Part shown: positions 27,001-39,000 of the stretch, in pieces
How positions within the stretch are numbered: position 1 is the first letter of the stretch
Layout: each line of letters starts with the position of its first letter
Assembly: GCA_002189035.1 (NCBI GenBank)
Contig: NEEC01000029.1
Location: 1 to 64,000 of the forward strand
Source: Utricularia gibba
Lineage: Eukaryota > Plantae > Magnoliophyta
Length of the DNA: 64,000 nt
Direction: 5' to 3'
Position numbers and translations under genes: made by a program
The notes under the pieces: generated by a model
What the model was told of the DNA's origin: nothing
Database searches by the model: none
What the model saw: the letters and a program-made list of their open reading frames with translations, nothing else

Positions 27001-30000
27001 GCTCGTTCCGAGCCGGTCATCTTCCGTGTTGAAAGCTTCTTCGTCCGAGGATGCATCAGAGCTCGAATTATCGCCTTCTATTAGCCTTCAGATGCCACAA
27101 AGTGGCCACCACGTTCGCGACGATGCGACTTGTCGACGCGGCTTGCGCGACGATCGCGCTTAGATGACACATCTCGTCGAGAATGCACGCTGCGTACCGT
27201 TTCGAAGCTCGTTCCGAGCCGGTCATCTTCCGTGTTGAAAGCTTCTTCGTCCGAGGATGCATCAGAGCTCGAATTATCGCCTTCTATTAGCCTTCAGATG
27301 TGCCACAAAGTGGCCACCACGTTCGCGACGATGCGACTTGGAACACCAAAATCGACGCGATTGATTTTCGGCTTGCAAAACATCTGCGTTTTTTCGGGTG
27401 ATGTGAAATATGGGTTTTCGAGGCGATCTTTGCACATGCTTAGGGTGTGTCCCTACCGAAGCCTCATGGTTTCCTCGCACACCGTTCGGCATCTCGTCGA
27501 TATCCTGAAGACCGTGATGAGTCACGCTGCGCCCGGAATACCGTTTCGAAGCTCGTTCCGAGCCGGTCATCTTCCGTGTTGAAGCTTCTTCGTCCGAGGA
27601 TGCATCAGAGCTCGAATTATCGCCTTCTATTAGCCTTCAGATGCGCCACAAAGTGGCCACCACGTTCGCGACGATGCGACTTGCGACGCGATTGTGATTT
27701 TCGGCTTGCAAAACATCTGCGTTTTTTGGGTGATGTGAAATATGGGTTTTCGAGGCGATCTTTGCACATGCTTAGGGTGTGTCCCTAGAAGCCTCGTTCC
27801 GCAGCGGCGTCGATCATCTGCGCCCGGAATACCGTTTCGAAGCTCGTTCCGAGCCGGTCATCTTCCGTGTTGAAAGCTTCTTCGTCCGAGGATGCATCAG
27901 AGCTCGAATTATCGCCTTCTATTAGCCTTCAGATGCGCCACAAAGTGGCCACCACGTTCGCGACGATGCGACTTGAACACCAAAATCGACGTGATTGTGA
28001 TTTTCGGCTTGCAAAACATCTGCGTTTTTTCGGGTGATGTGAAATATGGGTTTTCGAGGCGATCTTTGCACATGCTTAGGGTGTGTCCCTACGAAGCCTC
28101 ATGGTTTCCTCGCACACCGTTCGGCATCTCGTCGATATCCTGAAGACCGTGATGAGTCACGCTGCGCCCGGAATACCGTTTCGAAGCTCGTTCCGAGCCG
28201 GTCATCTTCCGTGTTGAAAGCTTCTTCGTCCGAGGATGCATCAGAGCTCGAATTATCGCCTTCTATTAGCCTTCAGATGCGCCACAAAGTGGCCACCACG
28301 TTCGCGACGATGCGACTTGAACACCAAAATCGACGCGATTGTGATTTTCGGCTTGCAAAACATCTGCGTTTTTTGGTGATGTGAAATATGGGTTTTCGAG
28401 GCGATCTTTGCACATGCTTAGGGTGTGTCCCTACCGAAGCCTCATGGTTTCCTCGCACACCGTTCGGCATCTCGTCGATATCCTGAAGACCGTGATGAGT
28501 CACGCTGCGCCCGGAATACCGTTTCGAAGCTCGTTCCGAGCCGGTCATCTTCCGTGTTGAAAGCTTCTTCGTCCGAGGATGCATCAGAGCTCGAATTATC
28601 GCCTTATTAGCCTTCAGATGTGCCACAAAGTGGCCACCACGTTCGCGACGATGCGACTTGAACACCAGAATCGACGCGATTGTGATTTTCGGCTTGCAAA
28701 ACATCTGCGTTTTTTCGGGTGATGTGAAATATGGGTTTTCGAGGCGATCTTTGCACATGCTTAGGGTGTGTCCCTACCCGAAGCCTCATGGTTTCCTCGC
28801 ACACCGTTCGGCATCTCGTCGATATCCTGAAGACCGTGATGAGTCACGCTGCGCCCGGCATACCGTTTCGAAGCTCGTCCGAGCCGGTCATCTTCCGTGT
28901 TGAAAGCTTCTTCGTCCGAGGATGCATCAGAGCTCGAATTATCGCCTTCTATTAGCCTTCAGATGTGCCACAAAGTGGCCACCACGTTCGCGACGATGCG
29001 ACTTGGAACACCAAAATCGACGCGATCGAAAACATCATGTGAAATATGGGTTTTCGAGGCGATCTTTGCACATGCTTAGACCGAAGCCTCATGGTTTCCT
29101 CGCACACCGTTCGGCATCTCGTCGATATCCTGAAGACCGTGATGAGTCACGCTGCGCCCGGAATACCGTTTCGAAGCTCGTTCCGAGCCGGTCATCTTCC
29201 GTGTTGAAAGCTTCTTCGTCCGAGGATGCATCAGAGCTCGAATTATCGCCTTCTATTAGCCTTCAGATGTGCCACAAAGTGGCCACCACGTTCGCGACGA
29301 TGCGACTTGAACACCAAAATCGACGCGATTGTAATTTTCGGCTTGCAAAACATCTGCGTTTTTTCGAGGCGATCTTTGCACATGCTTAGGGTGTGTCCCT
29401 ACGAAGCCTCATGGTTTCCTCGCACACCGTTCGGCATCTCGTCGATATCCTGAAGACCGTGATGAGTCACGCTGCGCCCGGCATACCGTTTCGAAGCTCG
29501 TTCCGAGCCGGTCATCTTCCGCTTCTTCGTCCGAGGATGCATCAGAGCTCGAATTATCGCCTTCTATTAGCCTTCAGATGGCCACAAAGTGGCCACCACG
29601 TTCGCGACGATGCGACTTGAACACCAGAATCGACGCGATTGTTTTCGACATCCGTTCGGCGATCTCACAATGTGGATCATCCTCGGACCGTCGATGAAGT
29701 GATGCACGCTGCGCCCGGAATACCGTTTCGAAGCTCGTTCCGAGCCGGTCATCTTCCGTGTTGAACTTCTTCGTCCGAGATGCATCAGAAATTATCGCCT
29801 CGATGGTTTCGTGCGACTTTTTCGGCTTGCAAAACATCTGCGTTTTTTCGGGTGATGTGAAATATGGGTTTTCGAGGCGATCTTTGCACATGCTTAGGGT
29901 GTGTCCACAAATGGTTTCCTCGCACACCGTTCGGCATCTCGTCGATATCCTGAAGACCGTGATGAGTCACGCTGCGCCCGGCATACCGTTTCGAAGCTCG

Positions 30001-33000
30001 TTCCGAGCCGGTCATCTTCCGTGTTTAAAGCTTCTTCGTCCGAGGATGCATCAGAGCTCGAATTATCGCCTTCTATTAGCCTTCAGATGCCACAAAGTGG
30101 CCACCACGTTCGCGACGATGCGACTTTCGACGATCGGCTTGCAAAACATCTGCGTTTTTTCGGGTGATGTGAAATATGGGTTTTCGAGGCGATCTTTGCA
30201 CATGCTTAGGGTGTGTCTACCCGAAGCCTCATGGTTTCCTCGCACACCGTTCGGCATCTCGTCGATATCCTGAAGACCGTGATGAGTCACGCTGCGCCCG
30301 GACCGTTTCGAAGCTCGTTCCGAGCCGGTCATCTTCCGTGTTTGAAAGCTTCTTCGTCCGAGGATGCATCAGAGCTCGAATTATCGCCTTCTATTAGCCT
30401 TCAGATGCTGGCCACCACGTTCGCGACGATGCGACTTTCGACGCGATTGTGATTTTCGGCTTGCAAAACATCTGCGTTTTTTCGGGTGATGTGAAATATG
30501 GGTTTTCGAGGCGATCTTTGCACATGCTTAGGGTGTGTCCGGCATACACCGTTTCATAGCCGTCACACCGTTTCGAAGCTCGTTCCGTCATCTTCGTGCA
30601 TCCTCGAGCCTTCTATCGTCCGAGTTCGACGATGCGATCAGAGCCGGCTTGCAAAACATCTATCGCCTTCGAAGCCTCATGGGTTTCTCGTCGCCATCTG
30701 CGCCACCGTGTCGTTTCATCTTCCGCTTCTTCGTCCGAGGATGCATCAGAGCTCGAATTATCGCCTTCACCAGCGACGATGCGATTGTCGATCGGCTTGC
30801 AAAACATCTGCGTTTTTTCGGGTGATGTGAAATATGGGTTTTCGAGGCGATCTTTGCACATGCTTAGGGTGTGTCCCTACCGAAGCCTCATGGTTTCCTC
30901 GCACACCGTTCGGCATCTCGTCGATATCCTGAAGACCGTGATGAGTCACGCTGCGCCCGGCATACCGTTTCGAAGCTCGTTCCGAGCCGGTCATCTTCCG
31001 TGTTTAAAGCTTCTTCGTCCGAGGATGCATCAGAGCTCGCATTAGCCTTCCGAAATTTTTCGTTGCGCGTCGATCTTTGCACATGAACCCGAAGCCTCAT
31101 GGTTTCCTCGCACACCGTTCGGCATCTCGTCGATATCCTGAAGACCGTGATGAGTCACGCTGCGCCCGGAATACCGTTTCGAAGCTCGTTCCGAGCCGGT
31201 CATCTTCCGTGTTGAATGCTTCTTCGTCCGAGGATGCATTCGAATTATCGCCTTCTATTAGCCTTCAGATGCCACAAAGTGGCCACCACGTTCGCGACGA
31301 TGCGACTTGAACACCAAAATCGACGCGATTGTGATTTTCGGCTTGCAAAACATCTGCGTTTTTTCGGGTGATGTGAAATATGGGTTTTCGAGGCGATCTT
31401 TGCACATGCTTAGGGTGTGTCCCTACCGAAGCCTCATGGTTTCCTCGCACACCGTTCGGCATCTCGTCGATATCCTGAAGACCGTGATGAGTCACGCTGC
31501 GCCCGGAATACCGTTTCGAAGCTCGTTCCGAGCCGGTCATCTTCCGTGAAGCTTCTTCGTCCGAGGATGCATCAGAGCTCGAATTATCGCCTTCTATTAG
31601 CCTTCAGATGCGCCACAAAGTGGCCACCACGTTCGCGACGATGCGACTTGGAACACCAAAATCGACGCGATTGTGATTTTCGGCTTGCAAAACATCTGCG
31701 TTTTTGATCCGATGCACATGCTTAATCATGGTTTCCTCGCACACCGTTCGGCATCTCGTCGATATCCTGAAGACCGTGATGAGTCACGCTGCGCCCGGAT
31801 ACCGTTTCGAAGCTCGTTTCATGCTTAGGATGCATCAGAGCTCGAATTATCGCCTTCTATTAGCCTTCAGATGCGTGGCCACCACGTTCGCGACGATGCG
31901 ACTTGTCGACGCGATTCGGCTTGCAAAACATCTGCGTTTTTTCGGGTGATGTGAAATATGGGTTTTCGAGGCGATCTTTGCACATGCTTAGGGTGTGTCG
32001 AAATCCTCGTTCGGCATCTCGTCGATATCCTGAAGACCGTCACGCTGCGCCCGGCATACCGTTTCGAAGCTCGTTCCGAGCCGGTCATCTTCCGTGTTGA
32101 AGCTTCTTCGTCCGAGGATGCATCAGAGCTCGAATTATCGCCTTCTATTAGCCTTCAGATGTGCCACAAAGTGGCCACCACGTTCGCGACGATGCGACTT
32201 GGAACACCAAAATCGACGTGATTGTAATTTTCGGCTTGCAAAACATCTGCGTTTTTTCGGGTGATGTGAAATATGGGTTTTCGAGGCGATCTTTGCACAT
32301 GCTTAGGGTGTGTCCCTACCGAAGCCTCATGGTTTCCTCGCACACCGTTCGGCATCTCGTCGATATCCTGAAGACCGTGATGAGTCACGCTGCGCCCGGA
32401 ATACCGTTTCGAAGCTCGTTCCGAGCCGGTCATCTTCCGTGTTGAAAGCTTCTTCGTCCGAGGATGCATCAGAGCTCGAATTATCGCCTTCTATTAGCCT
32501 TCAGATGCGCCACAAAGTGGCCACCACGTTCGCGACGATGCGACTTAACACCAAAATCGACGCGATTGTGATTTTCGGCTTGCAAAACATCTGCGTTTTT
32601 TGGGTGATGTGAAATATGGGTTTTCGAGGCGATCTTTGCACATGCTTAGGGTGTGTCCCTACCCGAAGCCTCATGGTTTCCTCGCACACCGTTCGGCATC
32701 TCGTCGATATCCTGAAGACCGTGATGAGTCACGCTGCGCCCGGATACCGTTTCGAAGCTCGTTCCGAGCCGGTCATCTTCCGTGTTGAAAGCTTCTTCGT
32801 CCGAGGATGCATCAGAGCTCGAATTATCGCCTTCTATTAGCCTTCAGATGCGCCACAAAGTGGCCACCACGTTCGCGACGATGCGACTTGGAACACCAAA
32901 ATCGACGCGATTGTGATTTTCGGCTTGCAAAACATCTGCGTTTTTTCGGGTGATGTGAAATATGGGTTTTCGAGGCGATCTTTGCACATGCTTAGGGTGT

Positions 33001-36000
33001 GTCCTACCGAAGCCTCATGGTTTCCTCGCACACCGTTCGGCATCTCGTCGATATCCTGAAGACCGTGATGAGTCACGCTGCGCCCGGAATACCGTTTCGA
33101 AGCTCGTTCCGAGCCGGTCATCTTCCGTGTTTAAAGCTTCTTCGTCCGAGGATGCATCAGAGCTCGAATTATCGCCTTCTATTAGCCTTCAGATGTGCCA
33201 CAAAGTGGCCACCACGTTCGCGACGATGCGACTTGGAACACCAGAATCGACGCGATTGTATTTTCGGCTTGCAAAACATCTGCGTTTTTTCGGGTGATGT
33301 GAAATATGGGTTTTCGAGGCGATCTTTGCACATGCTTAGGGTGTGTCCCTACCGAAGCCTCATGGTTTCCTCGCACACCGTTCGGCATCTCGTCGATATC
33401 CTGAAGACCGTGATGAGTCACGCTGCGCCCGGCATACCGTTTCGAAGCTCGTTCCGAGCCGGTCATCTTCCGTGTTGAAAGCTTCTTCGTCCGAGGATGC
33501 ATCAGAGCTCGAATTATCGCCTTCTATTAGCCTTCAGATGTGCCACAAAGTGGCCACCACGTTCGCGACGATGCGACTTGTAACACCAAAATCGACGCGA
33601 TTGAATTTTCGGCTTGCAAAACATCTGCGTTTTTTCGGGTGATGTGAAATATGGGTTTTCGAGGCGATCTTTGCACATGCTTAGGGTGTGTCCCTACGTG
33701 AAGCCTCATGGTTTCCTCGCACACCGTTCGGCATCTCGTCGATATCCTGAAGACCGTGATGAGTCACGCTGCGCCCGGATACCGTTTCGAAGCTCGTTCC
33801 GAGCCGGTCATCTTCCGTGTTTAAAGCTTCTTCGTCCGAGGATGCATCAGAGCTCGAATTATCGCCTTCTATTAGCCTTCAGATGCGCCACAAAGTGGCC
33901 ACCACGTTCGCGACGATGCGACTTGGAACACCAAAATCGACGCGATTGTGATTTTCGGCTTGCAAAACATCTGCGTGATGTTTGGGTTTTCGAGGCGATC
34001 TTTGCACATGCTTAACCCGAAGCCTCATGGTTTCCTCGCACACCGTTCGGCATCTCGTCGATATCCTGAAGACCGTGATGAGTCACGCTGCGCCCGGAAT
34101 ACCGTTTCGAAGCTCGTTCCGAGCCGGTCATCTTCCGCTTAGGATGCATCAGAGCTCGAATTATCGCCTTCTACCCAGAAGCCTTCATGGTTTCACTCGC
34201 ACACCTGCGTTCGGCGATCTCGTCGATATGGTTTCCTCGCACAGTTCGGCATCTCGTCGATATCCTGAAGACCGTGATGAGTCACGCTGCGCCCGGAATA
34301 CCGTTTCGAAGCTCGTTCCGAGCCGGTCATCTTCCGTGTTGAAGCTTCTTCGTTGCATCAGAGCTCGAATTATCGTCCTTCAGATGTGCTGGCCACCACG
34401 TCGCGACGATGCGACTTGGAACGAATTGTAATTTTCGCTTGCTTGCGTTTTTTCCGAGGCGATCTTTGCAGCTTAGACCGCCTCATGAACCGTTCGGCAT
34501 CTCGTCGATATCCTGAAGACCCACATACCGTTTCGAAGCTCGTTCCGAGCCGGTCATCTTCCGTGCTGTCCGAGGATGCATCAGAGCTCGAATTATCGCC
34601 TTCTATTAGCCTTCAGATGTGCCACAAAGTTTCGCGACGATGCGACTTGAACACCAAATCGACGCGATTGTTTTTCGGCTTGCAAAACATCTGCGTTTTT
34701 TCGGGTGATGTGAAATATGGGTTTTCGAGGCGATCTTTGCACATGCTTAGGGTGTGTCCCTACCCGAAGCCTCATGGTTTCCTCGCACACCGTTCGGCAT
34801 CTCGTCGATATCCTGAAGACCGTGATGAGTCACGCTGCGCCCGGACATCGTTCCGAGCCGGTCATCTCCGTCTTCTTCGTCCGAGGATGCATCAGAGCTC
34901 GAATTATCGCCTTCTATTAGCCTTCAGATGTGCCACAAAGTGTTCGCGACGATGCTTGAAGCGTGATTGTAATTTTCGGCTTGGCGTTTTTCCGAGGCGA
35001 TCTTTGCACATGAGACCGAAGCTCGACACCGTTCGGCATCTCGTCGATATCCTTCACGCTTACCGTTTCGAAGCTCGTTCCGAGCCGGTCATCTTCCGTG
35101 TTAAAGCTTCTTCGTCCGAGGATGCATCAGAGCTCGAATTATCGCCTTATATTAGCCTTCAGATGTGCCACAAAGTGGCCACCACGTTCGCGACGATGCG
35201 ACTTGAACACCAAAATCGACGCGAAAACATCTGCGTTTTTTCGACGAGGCGATTTTGCACATGCTTAACCGAAGCCTCATGGTTTCCTCGCACACCGTTC
35301 GGCATCTCGTCGATATCCTGAAGACCGTGATGAGTCACGCTGCGCCCGGCATACCGCGAAGCTCGTGAGCCGGTCATCTTCCGGCTTCTTCGTCCGAGGC
35401 GAGCTCGAATTATCGCCTTCTATTAGCGATGTGCCACAAAGTGGCCACCACGTTCGCGACGATGCGACTTGTCGATTGTGAAAAACATACGAGGCGATCT
35501 TTGCACATGCTTAGGGTGTGTCACCGAAGCCTCATGGTTTCCTCGCACACCGTCGGCATCTCGTCGATATCCTGAAGACCGTGATGAGTCACGCTGCGCC
35601 CGGAATACCGTTTCGAAGCTCGTTCCGAGCCAGTCATCTTCCGTGTTGAAGACCTCGAATGATGACCACGTGATGCGAGTCACGACGTGCGGCTTGCAAA
35701 ACATCTGCGAATATGCTCGTTCCGAGCCGTTCAGCCGGTGTCTTCCGTGTTGAAAAAGCTTTCGTCCGAGGATGGAGCTCGCAATCCTTCTAGAGCTCGA
35801 ATTATCGCCGATTCTATTAGCCGATTTTGCACATGCTTATGCGCCTCAAACCGTTCGGCATCTCGTGGAAGACCACACGTTCCGCGACTCGATGCTTCTT
35901 CGTCCGAGATGCATAGAGCTCGAATTATCGCCTTCTATTAGCCTTCAGATGCGCCACAAAGTGGCCACCACGTTCGCGACGATGCGACTTGTCGACGTGA

Positions 36001-39000
36001 TTTCGGCTTGCAAAACATCTGCGTTTTTTCGGGTGATGTGAAATATGGGTTTTCGAGGCGATCTTTGCACATGCTTAGGGTGTGTCCTACCCGAAGCCTC
36101 ATGGTTTCCTCGCACACCGTTCGGCATCTCGTCGATATCCTGAAGACCGTGATGAGTCACGCTGCGCCCGGAATACCGTTTCGACCGGTCATCTTCCGTG
36201 TTGAAGCTTCTTCGTCCGAGGATGCATCAGAGCCGTTCGGCAGGCGATCACATCGTCGATTCGGCATCCTGCTGCGCCCGGCATACCGTTTCGAAGACAT
36301 CAGAGCTCGAATTATCGCCTCTATTAGCCTTCAGATGCGTGCGACGATGCGACTTGAACACCAAAATCGACGTGATTGTGATTTTCGGCTTGCAAAACAT
36401 CTGCGTTTTTCGGGTGATGTGAAATATGGGTTTTCGAGGCGATCTTTTGCACATGCTTAGGGTGTGTCCTACGAAGCCTCATGGTTTCCTCGCACACCGT
36501 TCGGCATCTCGTCGATATCCTGAAGACCGTGATGAGTCACGCTGCGCCCGGAATACCGTTTCGAAGCTCGTTCCGAGCCGGTCATCTTCCGTGTTTAAAG
36601 CTTCTTCGTCCGAGGATGCATCAGAGCTCGAATTATCGCCTTCTATTAGCCTTCAGATGTGCCACAAAGTGGCCACCACGTTCGCGACGATGCGACTTGG
36701 AACACCAAATCGACGCGATTGTAATTTTCGGCTTGCAAAACATCTGCGTTTTTCGGGTGATGTGAAATATGGGTTTTCGAGGCGATCTTTGCACATGCTT
36801 AGGGTGTGTCCTACCGAAGCCTCATGGTTTCCTCGCACACCGTTCGGCATCTCGTCGATATCCTGAAGACCGTGATGAGTCACGCTGCGCCCGGCATACC
36901 GTTTCGAAGCTCGTTCCGAGCCGGTCATCTTCCGTGTTGAAAGCTTCTTCGTCCGAGGATGCATCAGAGCTCGAATTATCGCCTTCTATTAGCCTTCAGA
37001 TGCGCCACAAAGTGGCCACCACGTTCGCGACGATGCGACTTGAACACCAGAATCGACGCGATTGTGATTTTCGGCTTGCAAAACATCTGCGTTTTTTGGG
37101 TGATGTGAAATATGGGTTTTCGAGGCGATCTTTGCACATGCTTAGGGTGTGTCCCTACCCGAAGCCTCATGGTTTCCTCGCACACCGTTCGGCATCTCGT
37201 CGATATCCTGAAGACCGTGATGAGTCACGCTGCGCCCGGAATACCGTTTCGAAGCTCGTTCCGAGCCGGTCATCTTCCGTGTTGAAAGCTTCTTCGTCCG
37301 AGGATGCATCAGAGCTCGAATTATCGCCTTCTATTAGCCTTCAGATGCGCCACAAAGTGGCCACCACGTTCGCGACGATGCGACTTGAACACCAGAATCG
37401 ACGCGATTGTGATTTTCGGCTTGCAAAACATCTGCGTTTTTTCGGGTGATGTGAAATATGGGTTTTCGAGGCGATCTTTGCACATGCTTAGGGTGTGCGA
37501 AGCCTCATGGTTTCCTCGCACACCGTTCGGCATCTCGTCGATATCCTGAAGACCGTGATGAGTCACGCTGCGCCCGGCATACCGTTTCGAAGCTCGTTCC
37601 GAGCCGGTCATCTTCCGTGTTGAAAGCTTCTTCGTCCGAGGATGCATCAGAGCTCGAATTATCGCCTTCTATTAGCCTTCAGATGCGCCACAAAGTGGCC
37701 ACCACGTTCGCGACGATGCGACTTGTAACACCAAATCGACGCGATTGTGATTTTCGGCTTGCAAAACATCTGCGTTTTTTTCGGGTGATGTGAAATATGG
37801 GTTTTCGAGGCGATCTTTGCACATGCTTAGGGTGTGTCCCTACCGAAGCCTCATGGTTTCCTCGCACACCGTTCGGCATCTCGTCGATATCCTGAAGACC
37901 GTGATGAGTCACGCTGCGCCCGGAATACCGTTTCGAAGCTCGTTCCGAGCCGGTCATCTTCCGTGTTAAAGCTTCTTCGTCCGAGGATGCATCAGAGCTC
38001 GAATTATCGCCTTCTATTAGCCTTCAGATGCGCCACAAAGTGGCCACCACGTTCGCGACGATGCGACTTGGAACACCAAAATCGACGCGATTGTAATTTT
38101 CGGCTTGCAAAACATCTGCGTTTTTCGGGTGATGTGAAATATGGGTTTTCGAGGCGATCTTTGCACATGCTTAGGGTGTGTCCTACCGAAGCCTCATGGT
38201 TTCCTCGCACACCGTTCGGCATCTCGTCGATATCCTGAAGACCGTGATGAGTCACGCTGCGCCCGGCATACCGTTTCGAAGCTCGTTCCGAGCCGGTCAT
38301 CTTCCGTGTTGAAAGCTTCTTCGTCCAAGGATGCATCAGAGCTCGAATTATCGCCTTCTATTAGCCTTCAGATGCGCCACAAAGTGGCCACACGTTCGCG
38401 ACGATGCGACTTGTAACACCAGAATCGACGCGATTGTGATTTTTGGCTTGCAAAACATCTGCGTTTTGTTGGTGATGTGAAATATGGGTTTTCGAGGCGA
38501 TCTTTGCACATGCTTAGGGTGTGCCCCTACCTAAAGCCTCATGGTTTCCTCGCACACCGTTCGGCATCTCGTCGATATCCTGAAGACCGTGATGAGTCAC
38601 GCTGCGCCCGGCATACCATTTCGAAGCTCGTTCCGAGCCGGTCATCTTCCGTGTTGAAAGCTTCTTCGTCCGAGGATGCATCAAGAGCTTGAATTATCGG
38701 CTTATATTAGCCTTCAGATGTGCCACAAAGTGGCCACCACGTTCGCGACGATGCAACTCGGAACACCAGAATCGACGTGATTGTGATTTTCCGCTTGGAA
38801 AACATCTGCATTTTATTGGGTGGGTCCCAACCGCAGCCTCATGGTGGCCTCGTAAACCGTTCAGTATCTCGTCGATATCCTGAAAACCAAGATGAGTCAC
38901 GTTGTGCCCGGCATACCGTTTCGAAGCTTCTTCCGAGTCAGTCATCTTTTATATTGAATGCTTCTTCGTCCGTGGATGCATCAAAGCTCGAATTTTCGCC

